Assembly (NCBI GenBank): GCA_963850205.1 | Contig: CAWKKJ010000024.1 | Location: forward strand, 55,837 to 119,836 | Direction of reading: 5' to 3' | Length of the DNA: 64,000 nucleotides | Source: an uncultured Thermoleophilaceae bacterium | GTDB lineage: Bacteria; Actinomycetota; Thermoleophilia; Solirubrobacterales; Thermoleophilaceae | Part shown: piece by piece, positions 46,786 through 55,879 of the stretch | How the letters are laid out: each line of letters starts with the position of its first letter | Position numbering within the stretch: the stretch's first letter is position 1 | The notes under the pieces: model-generated | What the model was told of the DNA's origin: nothing | What the model saw: the letters and a program-made list of their open reading frames with translations, nothing else | The model's database searches: none | Position numbers and translations under genes: made by a program

Positions 46786-47672
46786 TTGTTGGAACCCGTT
46801 CGCCGCGCGACCGACACCGAGTAGGCCCGCGGCCGGAAGCGCAGGATCGGGTCGTCGCTGAGCTCGATCCCGTCGGTCACGCGGGTGGGGTCGAACACCA
46901 GGATGTCGCCGTCCCGCTCGCGCTCGGTCTCGGGACCGGTCAGCTCGAGCCGGCCCACCTCCACCCGCTCCCGCTCCGCCGGCCAGGCCGCCGTCGGGTC
47001 GTCCAGCGGGTCCCCTTCGGCGCCCACCGTCACCACCAGCCGGAAGGCCGCTCCGGCGCGCTCGGCGATGTCCCGCTGCAGGTAATCGGCTCCGCGTGCC
47101 TTGGCCTCGTCGCGGGCGAGCGCACGCTCGCCCACCTCGGGCTCGAAGCGATAGCGCACATGGCGCACACCGCCGCCGTCGTCGAGCCAGCGGTAGGCGT
47201 GAAGCGAGTTGTAGGCCACGGTGGCGTAGCTCTCCGGCGGCTCGGCGCCCAGCGCCGCCTGGATCGCCGGCAGCGCCTCGGGGTGCTGCTCGAGGAAGGC
47301 CGGCATCAGCCGCTCGGGGTCGGTGCGGGCCTCGGTGAAGGCGAGGAAGTCCTCGGGCGTGCGCACGAAGAAGCAGGGCAGGCTGAGCGCCACGATGTCG
47401 GTGCGCGAGCCGTCGGGGAGGTAGAACTTCACCGCCATCCCCCGGCCCTCGCGCGCGTAGTCGGGAATCGCGGGATCCCCGCCGCCGTTGCTGAAGCGAA
47501 CGGTCACGCCGACGGGCTCGTCCTGGAGGTGCGCGGCCCGGGTGAGCCCCGAGGCCGACGGCGTGAAGCGCCCGGCCATCAACGTGCCCTTCGCGTGCGC
47601 CGCCCGGTGGCCCGGGTGGGCGCCGGACGCGGCGTTGATCGCATCCACCGCGCGCTCGGCCAGGGAGTCCAT
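46782..47672 (-). CDS. Catalase-related small heme protein (catalase-core only)
   Basis: ORF 46782..47672 (-), 296 aa. HRAAHAKG (distal His region) and VRFSNGGG. There is no C-terminal catalase domain. Confidence 0.75.
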   Translation of the reverse strand: MDSLAERAVDAINAASGAHPGHRAAHAKGTLMAGRFTPSASGLTRAAHLQDEPVGVTVRFSNGGGDPAIPDYAREGRGMAVKFYLPDGSRTDIVALSLPCFFVRTPEDFLAFTEARTDPERLMPAFLEQHPEALPAIQAALGAEPPESYATVAYNSLHAYRWLDDGGGVRHVRYRFEPEVGERALARDEAKARGADYLQRDIAERAGAAFRLVVTVGAEGDPLDDPTAAWPAERERVEVGRLELTGPETERERDGDILVFDPTRVTDGIELSDDPILRFRPRAYSVSVARRTGSNN

Positions 47673-47691
47673 GGGGGCACCCTACGAAAGC

Positions 47692-47718
47692 CACGGGCGC
47701 TCCGCAGGAGCGCCCGTG
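47692..47718 (-). terminator. Stem-loop terminator candidate after the gpgS-HAD operon
   Basis: cacgggcgctc-cgcag-gagcgcccgtg, a perfect 11-bp stem. On the minus strand it is followed by GCTTTCGT. Two weaker hairpins follow between 47730 and 47785. Confidence 0.45.
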
Positions 47719-47784
47719 CTGCCTCACCCTTGTCGCGGCGGTTGTCCGGGCCGCCGCGTGGGAATAGACCGATTGTAACGGAAG

Positions 47785-48585
47785 TTACGAGCTTTCCGCC
47801 AGCGCGCGGACCACCGCCTCGTAGAAGCCCTCGCTCATGGCCGCCTCGGTGCGCTCCACGTTGGCGTACGCGGTGCCGTCCCCCACGGCGGCGTTCGCGA
47901 CCAGGAACAGGCGGCCCACCACCTCCGCCACCCCCAGGTCCTCGCGCGAGTCGCCGACCGCGATGCACTCCTCCGCGGCATAACCCCGGGCCCGCATGTG
48001 GAGGCCCACGGCGGCGGCCTTGGAGGACACCGCGGGGATCAGGTGGTAGGCGTGCGGCGTGCCGGGCAGGTCGAGGGCCGTCTCGTCGCGCGAGATCTCG
48101 CCGTTGTCCACCAGCCGCAGGTGGCCCTGGCCCTCGGCGGCCAGCTCCGCGTTGGCCCCGGCGACGTCGACCAGCCCCCGGTACAGGTGCGAGACCTCGC
48201 GCCCGAGGTGCCAGGGCGCGTGGTGCTCCAGCCGCCCGGCGTGGCGCTCCAGCAGGAGCGCGGGCGCGCCCGACTCCTCGATCTGGGCGTGGATCGTGCT
48301 CCCGGGACGCGGCTGGAGGTCGCCGGTGAGAAACGTCAGCTCGCCGTCGATGACCATGCCCGAGCCGACCTCGAAGATGTAGGAGGTCTGGCCCATCAGC
48401 CGCGCGTCCTCCATCACCTGCGCGCGCCGGCGCCCGGACTTGATCACCACCTCCGCCCCCGCGCGGTGGCAGGCCTCGAGCGCCCGGGCGGCGAGCAGGG
48501 TGAAGTCGCCCTCGGCGGTGCGGAACAGCGACGCCCCGCGGCCGAGCAGGGTGCCGTCGAGGTCCGTGTAGACGCAGCGGATCAG
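47785..48585 (-). CDS. HAD-IIB phosphatase (mannosyl/glucosyl-3-phosphoglycerate phosphatase-like)
   Basis: C-terminal 266 aa of ORF 47785..49191 (-). DxD motif VYTDLDGTLLG and the distal GDSxxD motif (AVGDSREDL). No ATG/GTG/TTG lies between the gpgS stop and the DxD motif. The provisional start is CTG at 48585, in a CTGA overlap with the gpgS stop. Confidence 0.65.
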   Translation of the reverse strand: MIRCVYTDLDGTLLGRGASLFRTAEGDFTLLAARALEACHRAGAEVVIKSGRRRAQVMEDARLMGQTSYIFEVGSGMVIDGELTFLTGDLQPRPGSTIHAQIEESGAPALLLERHAGRLEHHAPWHLGREVSHLYRGLVDVAGANAELAAEGQGHLRLVDNGEISRDETALDLPGTPHAYHLIPAVSSKAAAVGLHMRARGYAAEECIAVGDSREDLGVAEVVGRLFLVANAAVGDGTAYANVERTEAAMSEGFYEAVVRALAESS

Positions 48586-49475
48586 GAGGCCGGCGCCCGG
48601 ATCGAGGCGTAGGGCGGGCGCTCCACGAGCTCGACCTGGATCAGCTGGCCGTCGGCCGTCTGGAGAGGCGGGGCGTGATCGTCCAGCAGCCGGCCCTCGG
48701 CGCGCAGCCGCTCGAGGATCACCCGGAGCACCGCGTAGGCCATCGGCCCGAGCTTGGGCAGGGGCTGGTGGTGGTTGTGGCGGACGTCGAGGTCGACCTG
48801 CGCCATCCCCGCGGTCCCGCCGAGAAGGTCGCGGGCGTGCAGCAGCATGGAGGTCTCGATCGCGTACCCGATCGCGAACGGCAGCCGGCCGAAGAAGTCG
48901 CGCCGTGCGGCCACCTCGCCGGCCAGCGGCTGCACGAAGCCGGCCAGCTCGGGGTAGAACGCCGACAGCAGCGGGCGCGCCGCGAGCTCGGTCACCCGTC
49001 CGCCGTCCAGCGGGCGCCGCTCGCCCGTGACCGTGGTGAAGGGGCGCTTGAAGAAGCCCTTGACGAACTGCGTGTCGTCGTCGCAGATCAGCGGACCCAG
49101 CATGCCGCTGGCGAAGTGGCTCGAGAAGGCGCGCGTGTCGGAGTCGAGGTAGACGATCACGTCCCCCCGGGCCACCGCCAGGGCGCGCCACATGGCGTCG
49201 CCCTTGCCCAGGGCACGACCGAACTCCGGCAGCAGCTCCGACTCCTGGTGTACCTCGGCGCCAAGGGTCCGGGCGATCTCGGCCGTGCGGTCCTCGGAGG
49301 CGGCGTCCACCACCAGGATCTGGTCGATCAGACCCTCGAGGCCCTGCAGCTGGCTCACGATCGGCCCGATGGTGTCGCCCACTTCGCGCGTGGGCAGCAC
49401 GACGGTCACCGGGCCGCGCTTTCGCTCCAGCAGGAGCTCGAGCGGGTACTGGGAGTGGTGAAAAGAGCGGATCAT
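48582..49475 (-). CDS. gpgS: Glucosyl-3-phosphoglycerate synthase (GT81)
   Basis: ORF 48582..49709 (-) trimmed to ATG 49475 (MIRSFHHSQYP...). VVLPTREVG, YLDSD (DxD), GGRVTEL. Resembles the mycobacterial GpgS family. Confidence 0.8.
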   Translation of the reverse strand: MIRSFHHSQYPLELLLERKRGPVTVVLPTREVGDTIGPIVSQLQGLEGLIDQILVVDAASEDRTAEIARTLGAEVHQESELLPEFGRALGKGDAMWRALAVARGDVIVYLDSDTRAFSSHFASGMLGPLICDDDTQFVKGFFKRPFTTVTGERRPLDGGRVTELAARPLLSAFYPELAGFVQPLAGEVAARRDFFGRLPFAIGYAIETSMLLHARDLLGGTAGMAQVDLDVRHNHHQPLPKLGPMAYAVLRVILERLRAEGRLLDDHAPPLQTADGQLIQVELVERPPYASIRAPAS

Positions 49476-49498
49476 GGCGCGCGTACTATGGGCAATCC

Positions 49499-51769
49499 GT
49501 GTCTCCGGTTCGCTCGTCCTACCCCTGGCACCCGGTTCTCGAAACTGCTGCCGACGATCAACTCGTAACGGTAGTGAACGAGGAGGCGTCATCCGGCGTC
49601 TCCACGCCGCTTCCGGACGGGCTGCACCCGGCCCTGGCGGAGGCCCTCGGCGCCACCGGGATCGGCGAGCTGTGGTCCCATCAGGCGGACGCCCTGGAGG
49701 CCGCGGCACGAGGCAACGCGATCGTGACGACGCCCACGGCCAGCGGCAAGTCGCTGGCCTTCAACCTGCCGGTGCTCGACACGCTGGCGTGGGATCCCTC
49801 GGCCCGCGCGTTCTACCTCTACCCCACCAAGGCGCTGGCCCAGGACCAGGCCCGCAAGCTGGCTGCCCTCGGAGGCCGCTTCCTGCGGCACGCGATCTAC
49901 GACGGCGACACGCCGCGCGAGGAGCGCCGCGCGATCCGCACGCGCTCGAATCTGATCCTCACCAACCCGGACATGCTGCACGTTGGCGTCCTGCCCAACC
50001 ACCAGTCCTGGGCCGACCTGCTGGCCAACCTGGCCTGGGTGGTGGTCGACGAGGCCCACACCTATCGCGGCGTGTTCGGCTCCCACGTGGCCAACGTGCT
50101 GCGCCGGCTGCGGCGCCTGGCCCGGGCCTACGGCAGCGAGCCCCGATTCGTGCTCACCAGCGCCACGATCGCCAATCCGATCGAGCTGGCCGAGCGCCTG
50201 ACCGGGCTCGACTTCCTGCTGGTCGACCGCGACGGGGCCCCGCACGCCGAGCGGGAGATCGCCATGTGGAACCCGCCGCTCACCGACGAACGGCTGGGCA
50301 AGCGGGCCTCCGCCCTGTCGGAGGCCGCCGGGCTTCTGGCCGGCCTGATGGAGCGCGACGTGAGGACGATCTGCTTTCTCCGGTCACGCCGGGGTGTGGA
50401 GCTGATCCAGCGCTTCGCCCGGCTGCGCCTGGAGGACGCCGGGCGGGCCGACCTGGCCCAGCGGATCGCCCCCTACCGCGCCGGCTACACGCCGGCCCAG
50501 CGGCGCGAGATCGAGCGGCGTCTGGTGGAGGGCGAGCTGCTTGCCGTGGTGGCCACCAACGCGCTCGAGCTGGGCATCGACGTGGGCGACCTCGACGCCG
50601 CGATCTGCGTGACCTTCCCGGGGACCGTGGCCTCCCTGCGCCAGATGTGGGGACGGGCCGGCCGCCGCGCGCCCGGGCTGGCGATGTACGTGGCCGGAGA
50701 GGACGCGCTGGACCAGTTCTTCTGCCGCCACCCGGACGAGTTCCTCGAACGACCGGTGGAGCGGGCGATCCTCGACCACGAGTCCGAGGAGATCCACCTG
50801 GCCCACCTCGGCGCCGCCGCCTACGAGCTGCCGCTCACCCCCGAGGACGGCGACGTGTTCGGGCCGCGCTGGGAGGACCACGCGCAGCGGCTGGTCAAGC
50901 TCGGCCGCCTGCGCGAGCGCGGGGGCCGCTACCTCCCGCGGGGGCCCGGCTACCCGGCGGCCGAGATCGCACTGCGCTCGGCCTCGCCGAACACGGTGGC
51001 CATCGTGGAGGCCGCCGGCGGCGAGGTAATCGGGACGGTCGAGTCGGCGCGGGCGCACTCGGTGGTGCATCCAGGGGCCGTCTACCTGCACATGGGCGCC
51101 GCCTACGAGGTGGAGGAGCTGGACCTGCGCGGAGGGCGCGCGCTCGTGCGGCCCTTCGAGGGTGATTGGTACACCCAGCCGAAGAAGGAGTCCGAGACTT
51201 ACATCGAGCAGGTCCGCGAGCGGCGGGAGACCTCGGGGGTGGCGCTGTCGTTCGGCGTCGTGTCGGTGGTGGAGCAGGTAGTCGCCTACCAGAAGAAGCG
51301 CGTGGCCGACCACTCCGTGCTCGACCTGCTGGCCCTCGACATGCCCGAGCAGGAGTTCGTGACGCAGGCCCTCTGGTACGAGCTGCCCGACGAGCTGCTG
51401 CGCGAGGACTTCCCCCTCGACCTGCTGCAGGGCTCGCTGCACGCCGCCGAGCACGGGCAGATCGCCGTGCTGCCCCTGATCGCCATGTGCGACCGCTGGG
51501 ACATCGGCGGGCTGTCCACGGCGTTCCACCACCAGACCGGCCGCGCGACCATCTTCATCTACGACGGCCATCCGGGCGGCGTCGGAATCACGCGCGAGGG
51601 CTACACGCGCTTCGAGGCCCTGGTGGACGACGCCCTGCGCCTCATCTCCGAGTGCCCCTGCCGGGCGGGCTGCCCCTCCTGCGTCCAGTCGCCGAAGTGC
51701 GGGAACCTCAACGAGCCCCTGTCCAAGCGCGGAGCGATCGAGCTGCTCACGCGTATGGCGGGAGGCTGA
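49499..51769 (+). CDS. DEAD/DEAH-box helicase with C-terminal DUF1998/MrfA zinc-binding domain (YprA/MrfA/Hrq1-like)
   Basis: ORF 49499..51769. Motif I TPTASGKS, motif II VVDEAHTYRG, C-terminal Cys cluster CPCRAGCPSCVQSPKCGNLNEPL. Confidence 0.85.
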   Translation: MSPVRSSYPWHPVLETAADDQLVTVVNEEASSGVSTPLPDGLHPALAEALGATGIGELWSHQADALEAAARGNAIVTTPTASGKSLAFNLPVLDTLAWDPSARAFYLYPTKALAQDQARKLAALGGRFLRHAIYDGDTPREERRAIRTRSNLILTNPDMLHVGVLPNHQSWADLLANLAWVVVDEAHTYRGVFGSHVANVLRRLRRLARAYGSEPRFVLTSATIANPIELAERLTGLDFLLVDRDGAPHAEREIAMWNPPLTDERLGKRASALSEAAGLLAGLMERDVRTICFLRSRRGVELIQRFARLRLEDAGRADLAQRIAPYRAGYTPAQRREIERRLVEGELLAVVATNALELGIDVGDLDAAICVTFPGTVASLRQMWGRAGRRAPGLAMYVAGEDALDQFFCRHPDEFLERPVERAILDHESEEIHLAHLGAAAYELPLTPEDGDVFGPRWEDHAQRLVKLGRLRERGGRYLPRGPGYPAAEIALRSASPNTVAIVEAAGGEVIGTVESARAHSVVHPGAVYLHMGAAYEVEELDLRGGRALVRPFEGDWYTQPKKESETYIEQVRERRETSGVALSFGVVSVVEQVVAYQKKRVADHSVLDLLALDMPEQEFVTQALWYELPDELLREDFPLDLLQGSLHAAEHGQIAVLPLIAMCDRWDIGGLSTAFHHQTGRATIFIYDGHPGGVGITREGYTRFEALVDDALRLISECPCRAGCPSCVQSPKCGNLNEPLSKRGAIELLTRMAGG

Positions 51770-52147
51770 TCAGCGCTGCAGGCGACGGTCGGCAGCCGCG
51801 ATCACCGAGCTGCGCTCCTTGTGGAGCGCCTCGTACAGCTTGACCGCGGCGGCCTCCGCGGCGTCCGCTCCGGCCAGCCGGGCCCGGATGTCGGTCGCGG
51901 TCATGGACCGGTAGCCCTCCCAGGGCTCCTCGACGTGAACCTCGGCGCCGACTACCGGCGGCGCCGGCGCGGGCGGCCGGCCGTTGGCCTTCTCCGGCCG
52001 CGCCGGAGCGGGGGCCGGCCTGGCTTCATCGGCCTCCCCCACCGGCTCCTCGAGGACCTCGCGGGCGATCCGGGCCACCGTGGCAGCGGCCGCGAAGCCC
52101 TTCTCGGCGACGAAGAGCGCCAGAGAGACCAGCGACCGGGGGGTCAC
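51770..52147 (-). CDS. Hypothetical protein
   Basis: ORF 51770..52282 (-) trimmed to GTG 52147, 16 nt after the upstream stop. Pro/Ala linker and a conserved-looking C-terminus PWEGYRSMTATDIRARLAG...VKLYEALHKERSSV. Confidence 0.45.
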   Translation of the reverse strand: MTPRSLVSLALFVAEKGFAAAATVARIAREVLEEPVGEADEARPAPAPARPEKANGRPPAPAPPVVGAEVHVEEPWEGYRSMTATDIRARLAGADAAEAAAVKLYEALHKERSSVIAAADRRLQR

Positions 52148-52163
52148 GAGGCCCCGGACGTCC

Positions 52164-53654
52164 CTACTCCAGCTCCAGGCTGAAGCGGCCGCGCATCCCG
52201 TCGGTGTCGGCGGCCAGCGAGCCCACGAGCGCTCCGATCGGGCCGGTGAACAGCTGCGCTCCAAACCCGCCCAGCCCGGCATCGGAGCCGAGCATCTTCA
52301 GCCCCTCGCTTATGACCTGCTGCCCGTCGGCGCCCATCACCACCGCGCCCTCCGCACCCTCGACCTCCACGGCCGGCTCGTCGGCCAGCCCGGCGGCGCG
52401 CGCCCGGTCGCTGGCGACCACGAACTGGTCGTCGACCACGCCGAAGAAGACGGCCTGGCCGCCCCCCTGGGGACGCAGCGAGTACAACCCACCGCCCGAG
52501 CCCGGCTTGGTGAGGGTGCCCGAGCCCGAGCCCGCGCCCTCCAGCAGCGCCGGCAGGGCGGGGGCCGCCTTCGCCAGCGTGTCCTCGAAGGCGGCGGGGT
52601 CCTCGAGCTCGGCCCTGATACCGAAGCCCCCATTGAGGGCGAGGCTGCCCGACACATTGCCGCTCAGCGCGCCGATCAGGTCCTTGTCGATGTCGATGTC
52701 GAGCCGGGCGTTCAGGGTCTCCTTGGCCAGCGCGTACTGGCCGTAGCCCTCCGGGTCCACGGCCTGCCCCGCCCGCTCCGCGAAGCCCACGACGTGGGCC
52801 AGGTTGCGGATGCCGAAGCCGAACTCGCCAGGCCTCTCGATGATGGGCGGCGCCTCGTTGCCGGCCGCGATCGGCAGGTCCTCCTCGCTGAGGTTCTCGC
52901 CCTCGGTGCGGAGGTTCACCTCCATCTCGACCCGGTCGTCGGCGACCGACGCGCTGAAGCCGAGGGTGCTGATCGCGCTGAGCCACTCCACCCGCCGCAC
53001 CCCGCCGGAGCCGGTGGCCGAGTCGAGCAGCGCCCCGACGTCGACGTACATCCGCGCGATCCCGTCCTGCGGCACGCCCTCGAGCCCCTGCTCGAACGAT
53101 TTCTCGTCGAGGTGGTCGTCGCCGTCGGCCCGCTCGACCGCCTGCTCGAGGCCCTGGCGCGAGTCGGCGAAGACCACGACGCCGTTGTCGACGGCGAACG
53201 TCGTGTCGCCTTCCTCGTAGATGGTCGCGCCCGCGGCCTCGCCGGATTCACGCGCTCCGGTCTTTTCGATCAGCGCGTTCAGCTTGTCCTCGTCGTCCAC
53301 CTTGATGGCGCCGACGAAGGCATCGCCGCCCCCGTTGAGGAACGAGTCGGCGGAGGCCGCGCTCACCACGAACGGGTTGCCGAGCACCGGCTTGACGTCC
53401 TTGAAGCTCACCCCCTGCTCGCTCAGGGCGGTCCCCAGGGCGTCCTCGGCGGACAGGCCGAGCGGGAAGCGCTCGAGCGCCGCATCCACCGCCTTCCACT
53501 GGTCACCCTGGAGATCGGTGTCCACGGCGACCGCGAACGGGGTGGCCTTGGGCAGGTAGGAGAGCGACGCGTCGAGCGGCGCTGCGCTGTCGTCCGAGCC
53601 GCAGCCGACGAGCAGGCACACCAGCAGGACGAAGAGCCAGGTCAAGCGTCGCAT
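52164..53654 (-). CDS. Lipoprotein of unknown function (DUF3352-like impression)
   Basis: ORF 52164..53654 (-). Lipobox LLVGCGS. Asp/Gly/Ala-rich soluble domain. Confidence 0.6.
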   Translation of the reverse strand: MRRLTWLFVLLVCLLVGCGSDDSAAPLDASLSYLPKATPFAVAVDTDLQGDQWKAVDAALERFPLGLSAEDALGTALSEQGVSFKDVKPVLGNPFVVSAASADSFLNGGGDAFVGAIKVDDEDKLNALIEKTGARESGEAAGATIYEEGDTTFAVDNGVVVFADSRQGLEQAVERADGDDHLDEKSFEQGLEGVPQDGIARMYVDVGALLDSATGSGGVRRVEWLSAISTLGFSASVADDRVEMEVNLRTEGENLSEEDLPIAAGNEAPPIIERPGEFGFGIRNLAHVVGFAERAGQAVDPEGYGQYALAKETLNARLDIDIDKDLIGALSGNVSGSLALNGGFGIRAELEDPAAFEDTLAKAAPALPALLEGAGSGSGTLTKPGSGGGLYSLRPQGGGQAVFFGVVDDQFVVASDRARAAGLADEPAVEVEGAEGAVVMGADGQQVISEGLKMLGSDAGLGGFGAQLFTGPIGALVGSLAADTDGMRGRFSLELE

Positions 53655-53667
53655 CGGGCGGCGGAGT

Positions 53668-54282
53668 CTAGAGATCGCCGGCGGGTGTCTTGGCCGGTCT
53701 CATGCCCTCCAGCGAGAACTCCAGCTGACGGCGCCAGTCACAGGGCATCAGGCCGTGAGCATCGGTGGCCATGATTCCCCCCAGGCCGTGGAACAGCGTG
53801 CGCAGGTCGTCGGTCGTGAGGTCGGCGCGCACGGCACCCGCGGCCTTGGCCCGCTCGAGCACAGCGTTCATGGCCTCGGTCAGCTCAGCGATCGCGGGCA
53901 GGGCGTGCTCAAAGGCCGCCGGGCCGGCCAGCCAGGACGCACGCTGCAGCGCGGCGTCGCGGGCCGCCAGCTCGGCCTGGGCCCGCACGAGCGCGGCGAA
54001 CGACTCCCAGGGGTCGCCGCCGTCCTCCTCCAGGCTCTTGCGGGCGAGGGCCGCGAAACGGGTGAGCTTGAGCCGCATGAGCTCCCCCACGAGCTGGTCC
54101 TTGGTGGCGAAATGGCGATACACCGTGCCCACGCCGACACCGGCGCGGCGCGCGATATCGTCCATCTGAGCGGCCAGGCCGTACTCGGCAAGAGCCTCGC
54201 GCGCGGCCTCGATCACCCGCTCCCGGTTGCGGCGCGCGTCGCAACGCAGGTGGCTCATCGGGGCCGAGGGGGACATCGCCAC
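53668..54282 (-). CDS. TetR-family transcriptional regulator
   Basis: ORF 53668..54282 (-). HTH RERVIEAAREALAEYGLAAQMDDIARRAGVGVGTVYRHFATKDQL. Confidence 0.85.
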   Translation of the reverse strand: MAMSPSAPMSHLRCDARRNRERVIEAAREALAEYGLAAQMDDIARRAGVGVGTVYRHFATKDQLVGELMRLKLTRFAALARKSLEEDGGDPWESFAALVRAQAELAARDAALQRASWLAGPAAFEHALPAIAELTEAMNAVLERAKAAGAVRADLTTDDLRTLFHGLGGIMATDAHGLMPCDWRRQLEFSLEGMRPAKTPAGDL

Positions 54283-54301
54283 AGGATCGTAACGCCGCGA
54301 G

Positions 54302-54331
54302 TTGACAAACGGAACCGTCGTTCCGTATCGT
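54302..54331 (+). promoter_or_regulatory. Candidate promoter with embedded TetR operator for the MFS gene
   Basis: TTGACA (54302-54307), an 18-nt spacer, then TATCGT (54326-54331). The spacer contains the perfect inverted repeat ACGGAAC-cgtc-GTTCCGT (54309-54326). AGGAGA RBS at 54363-54368. Confidence 0.45.
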
Positions 54332-54378
54332 GCGCGGCTAACCGGAGTCCCGATTCCGCTTCAGGAGAACCGCCTCAG

Positions 54379-55842
54379 ATGAGTCCCACCGACACCCAGC
54401 GCGCCAAGAACCTGGCCCTGGCGCTCCTCGCCATGGCCCAGTTCGTCGTGGTGCTCGACGCCTCGATCGTCAACGTGGCCCTGCCGTCGATCGGCCGCGA
54501 CCTGGAGTTCGCGCAGGAGGACCTGTCCTGGGTCATCAATGCCTACACCCTCACCTTCGGTGGCTTCCTGCTCCTCGGCGGGCGCCTGGCCGACCTCCTG
54601 GGGCGCCGGCGCATGTTCATCTGGGGCATGTGGCTCTTCGCGGTGGCCTCGCTGGCCGGCGGCCTCGCCCAGACCGACATCTGGCTCGTGGTCGCCCGTG
54701 GCGTCCAGGGCCTCGGCGCCGCGCTCATCTCACCGGCGGCGCTGGCCATCGTGACCACCACCTTCCGCGAGGGCGCGGAGCGCAACAAGGCGCTCGGCGT
54801 CTGGGGCGCGGTGGCCGGATCCGGCGGCGCGGCCGGGGTCCTGCTCGGGGGCATCCTCACCGAGACCCTGGGCTGGGAGTGGGTCCTGTACGTGAACACC
54901 CCGATCGGCATCGCCGCGGCGCTCCTCGCTCCGCGTCTGCTGGAGGACAGCAGGGACGAGCGCAACCCGTCCTTCGACTTCGCCGGCGCCTTCTCGGTCA
55001 CCGCCGGCCTGGCCCTGCTCGTCTACACCCTGGTCGACGCCGAGGGCGCGGGCTGGGGCTCCACGCAGACGCTGGTGCTGGGCGGCATCTCGCTCGCGCT
55101 GCTGGCGGCCTTCCTCGTGATCGAGGCCCGCCAGCGCTACCCGCTGATGCCGTTCTCGATCTTCCGGCTGCGCACGCTCCGCGGAGCGAACGTGATCGGC
55201 CTGCTGATCGGGATGTCCTTGTTCTCGATGTTCTTCTTCATCTCGCTCTACATGCAGCAGGTGCTGGGCTACGAGCCGCTCAAGGCGGGCCTCGCGTATC
55301 TACCCCTCGCCGGGCTGATCATCGTGTCGGCCGGGGTCGCGTCGCAGCTGGTCACCCGGATCGGGTTCAAGCCGACGCTGATCGTCGGGCTTCTGTTCAT
55401 CGCCGCCGGCCTGATCTGGTTCGCGCAGGTGAGCGCCCCGGGTGGCACCTACGTGGGCGACGTCCTGTTCCCGTCGATGCTGGCCGCGGTGGGGCTGGGG
55501 TTCGCCTTCGTCCCGGTGACGATCGCGGCCGTGACCGACACCAAGCCGGACGAGGCCGGGCTGGCCTCGGGCCTGATCAACACCTCGCAGCAGATAGGCG
55601 GCGCACTGGGGCTGGCCCTGCTGGCCACGATCGCCAACACCCGGACCACCGACGCCTTGGAATCCGGTGAGCGCAACCCGGCGGTCGCCCTCACCGAGGG
55701 TTTCCAGGCCGCGTTTCTGGTCGGCGCCGGGCTGGCCCTGCTGGCCGCGGTGCTGGCCGCGACCCTGATCAGCTCGCGCGACAGCAAGAAGCACGCCGAG
55801 GCGGCCAGGCAGGGTGAGGCGCCGGCGACCGTGGCGGCCTAG
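54379..55842 (+). CDS. MFS drug:H+ antiporter (DHA2, 14-TMS, EmrB/QacA-like)
   Basis: Tail of ORF 53755..55842, from ATG 54379. LAMAQFVVVLDASIVNVALPSI and GGRLADLLGRRRMF (motif A). Confidence 0.9.
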   Translation: MSPTDTQRAKNLALALLAMAQFVVVLDASIVNVALPSIGRDLEFAQEDLSWVINAYTLTFGGFLLLGGRLADLLGRRRMFIWGMWLFAVASLAGGLAQTDIWLVVARGVQGLGAALISPAALAIVTTTFREGAERNKALGVWGAVAGSGGAAGVLLGGILTETLGWEWVLYVNTPIGIAAALLAPRLLEDSRDERNPSFDFAGAFSVTAGLALLVYTLVDAEGAGWGSTQTLVLGGISLALLAAFLVIEARQRYPLMPFSIFRLRTLRGANVIGLLIGMSLFSMFFFISLYMQQVLGYEPLKAGLAYLPLAGLIIVSAGVASQLVTRIGFKPTLIVGLLFIAAGLIWFAQVSAPGGTYVGDVLFPSMLAAVGLGFAFVPVTIAAVTDTKPDEAGLASGLINTSQQIGGALGLALLATIANTRTTDALESGERNPAVALTEGFQAAFLVGAGLALLAAVLAATLISSRDSKKHAEAARQGEAPATVAA

Positions 55843-55879
55843 TAGGTGATTGATTCCGCGGCCGGGTGCGCGCGGGGGG

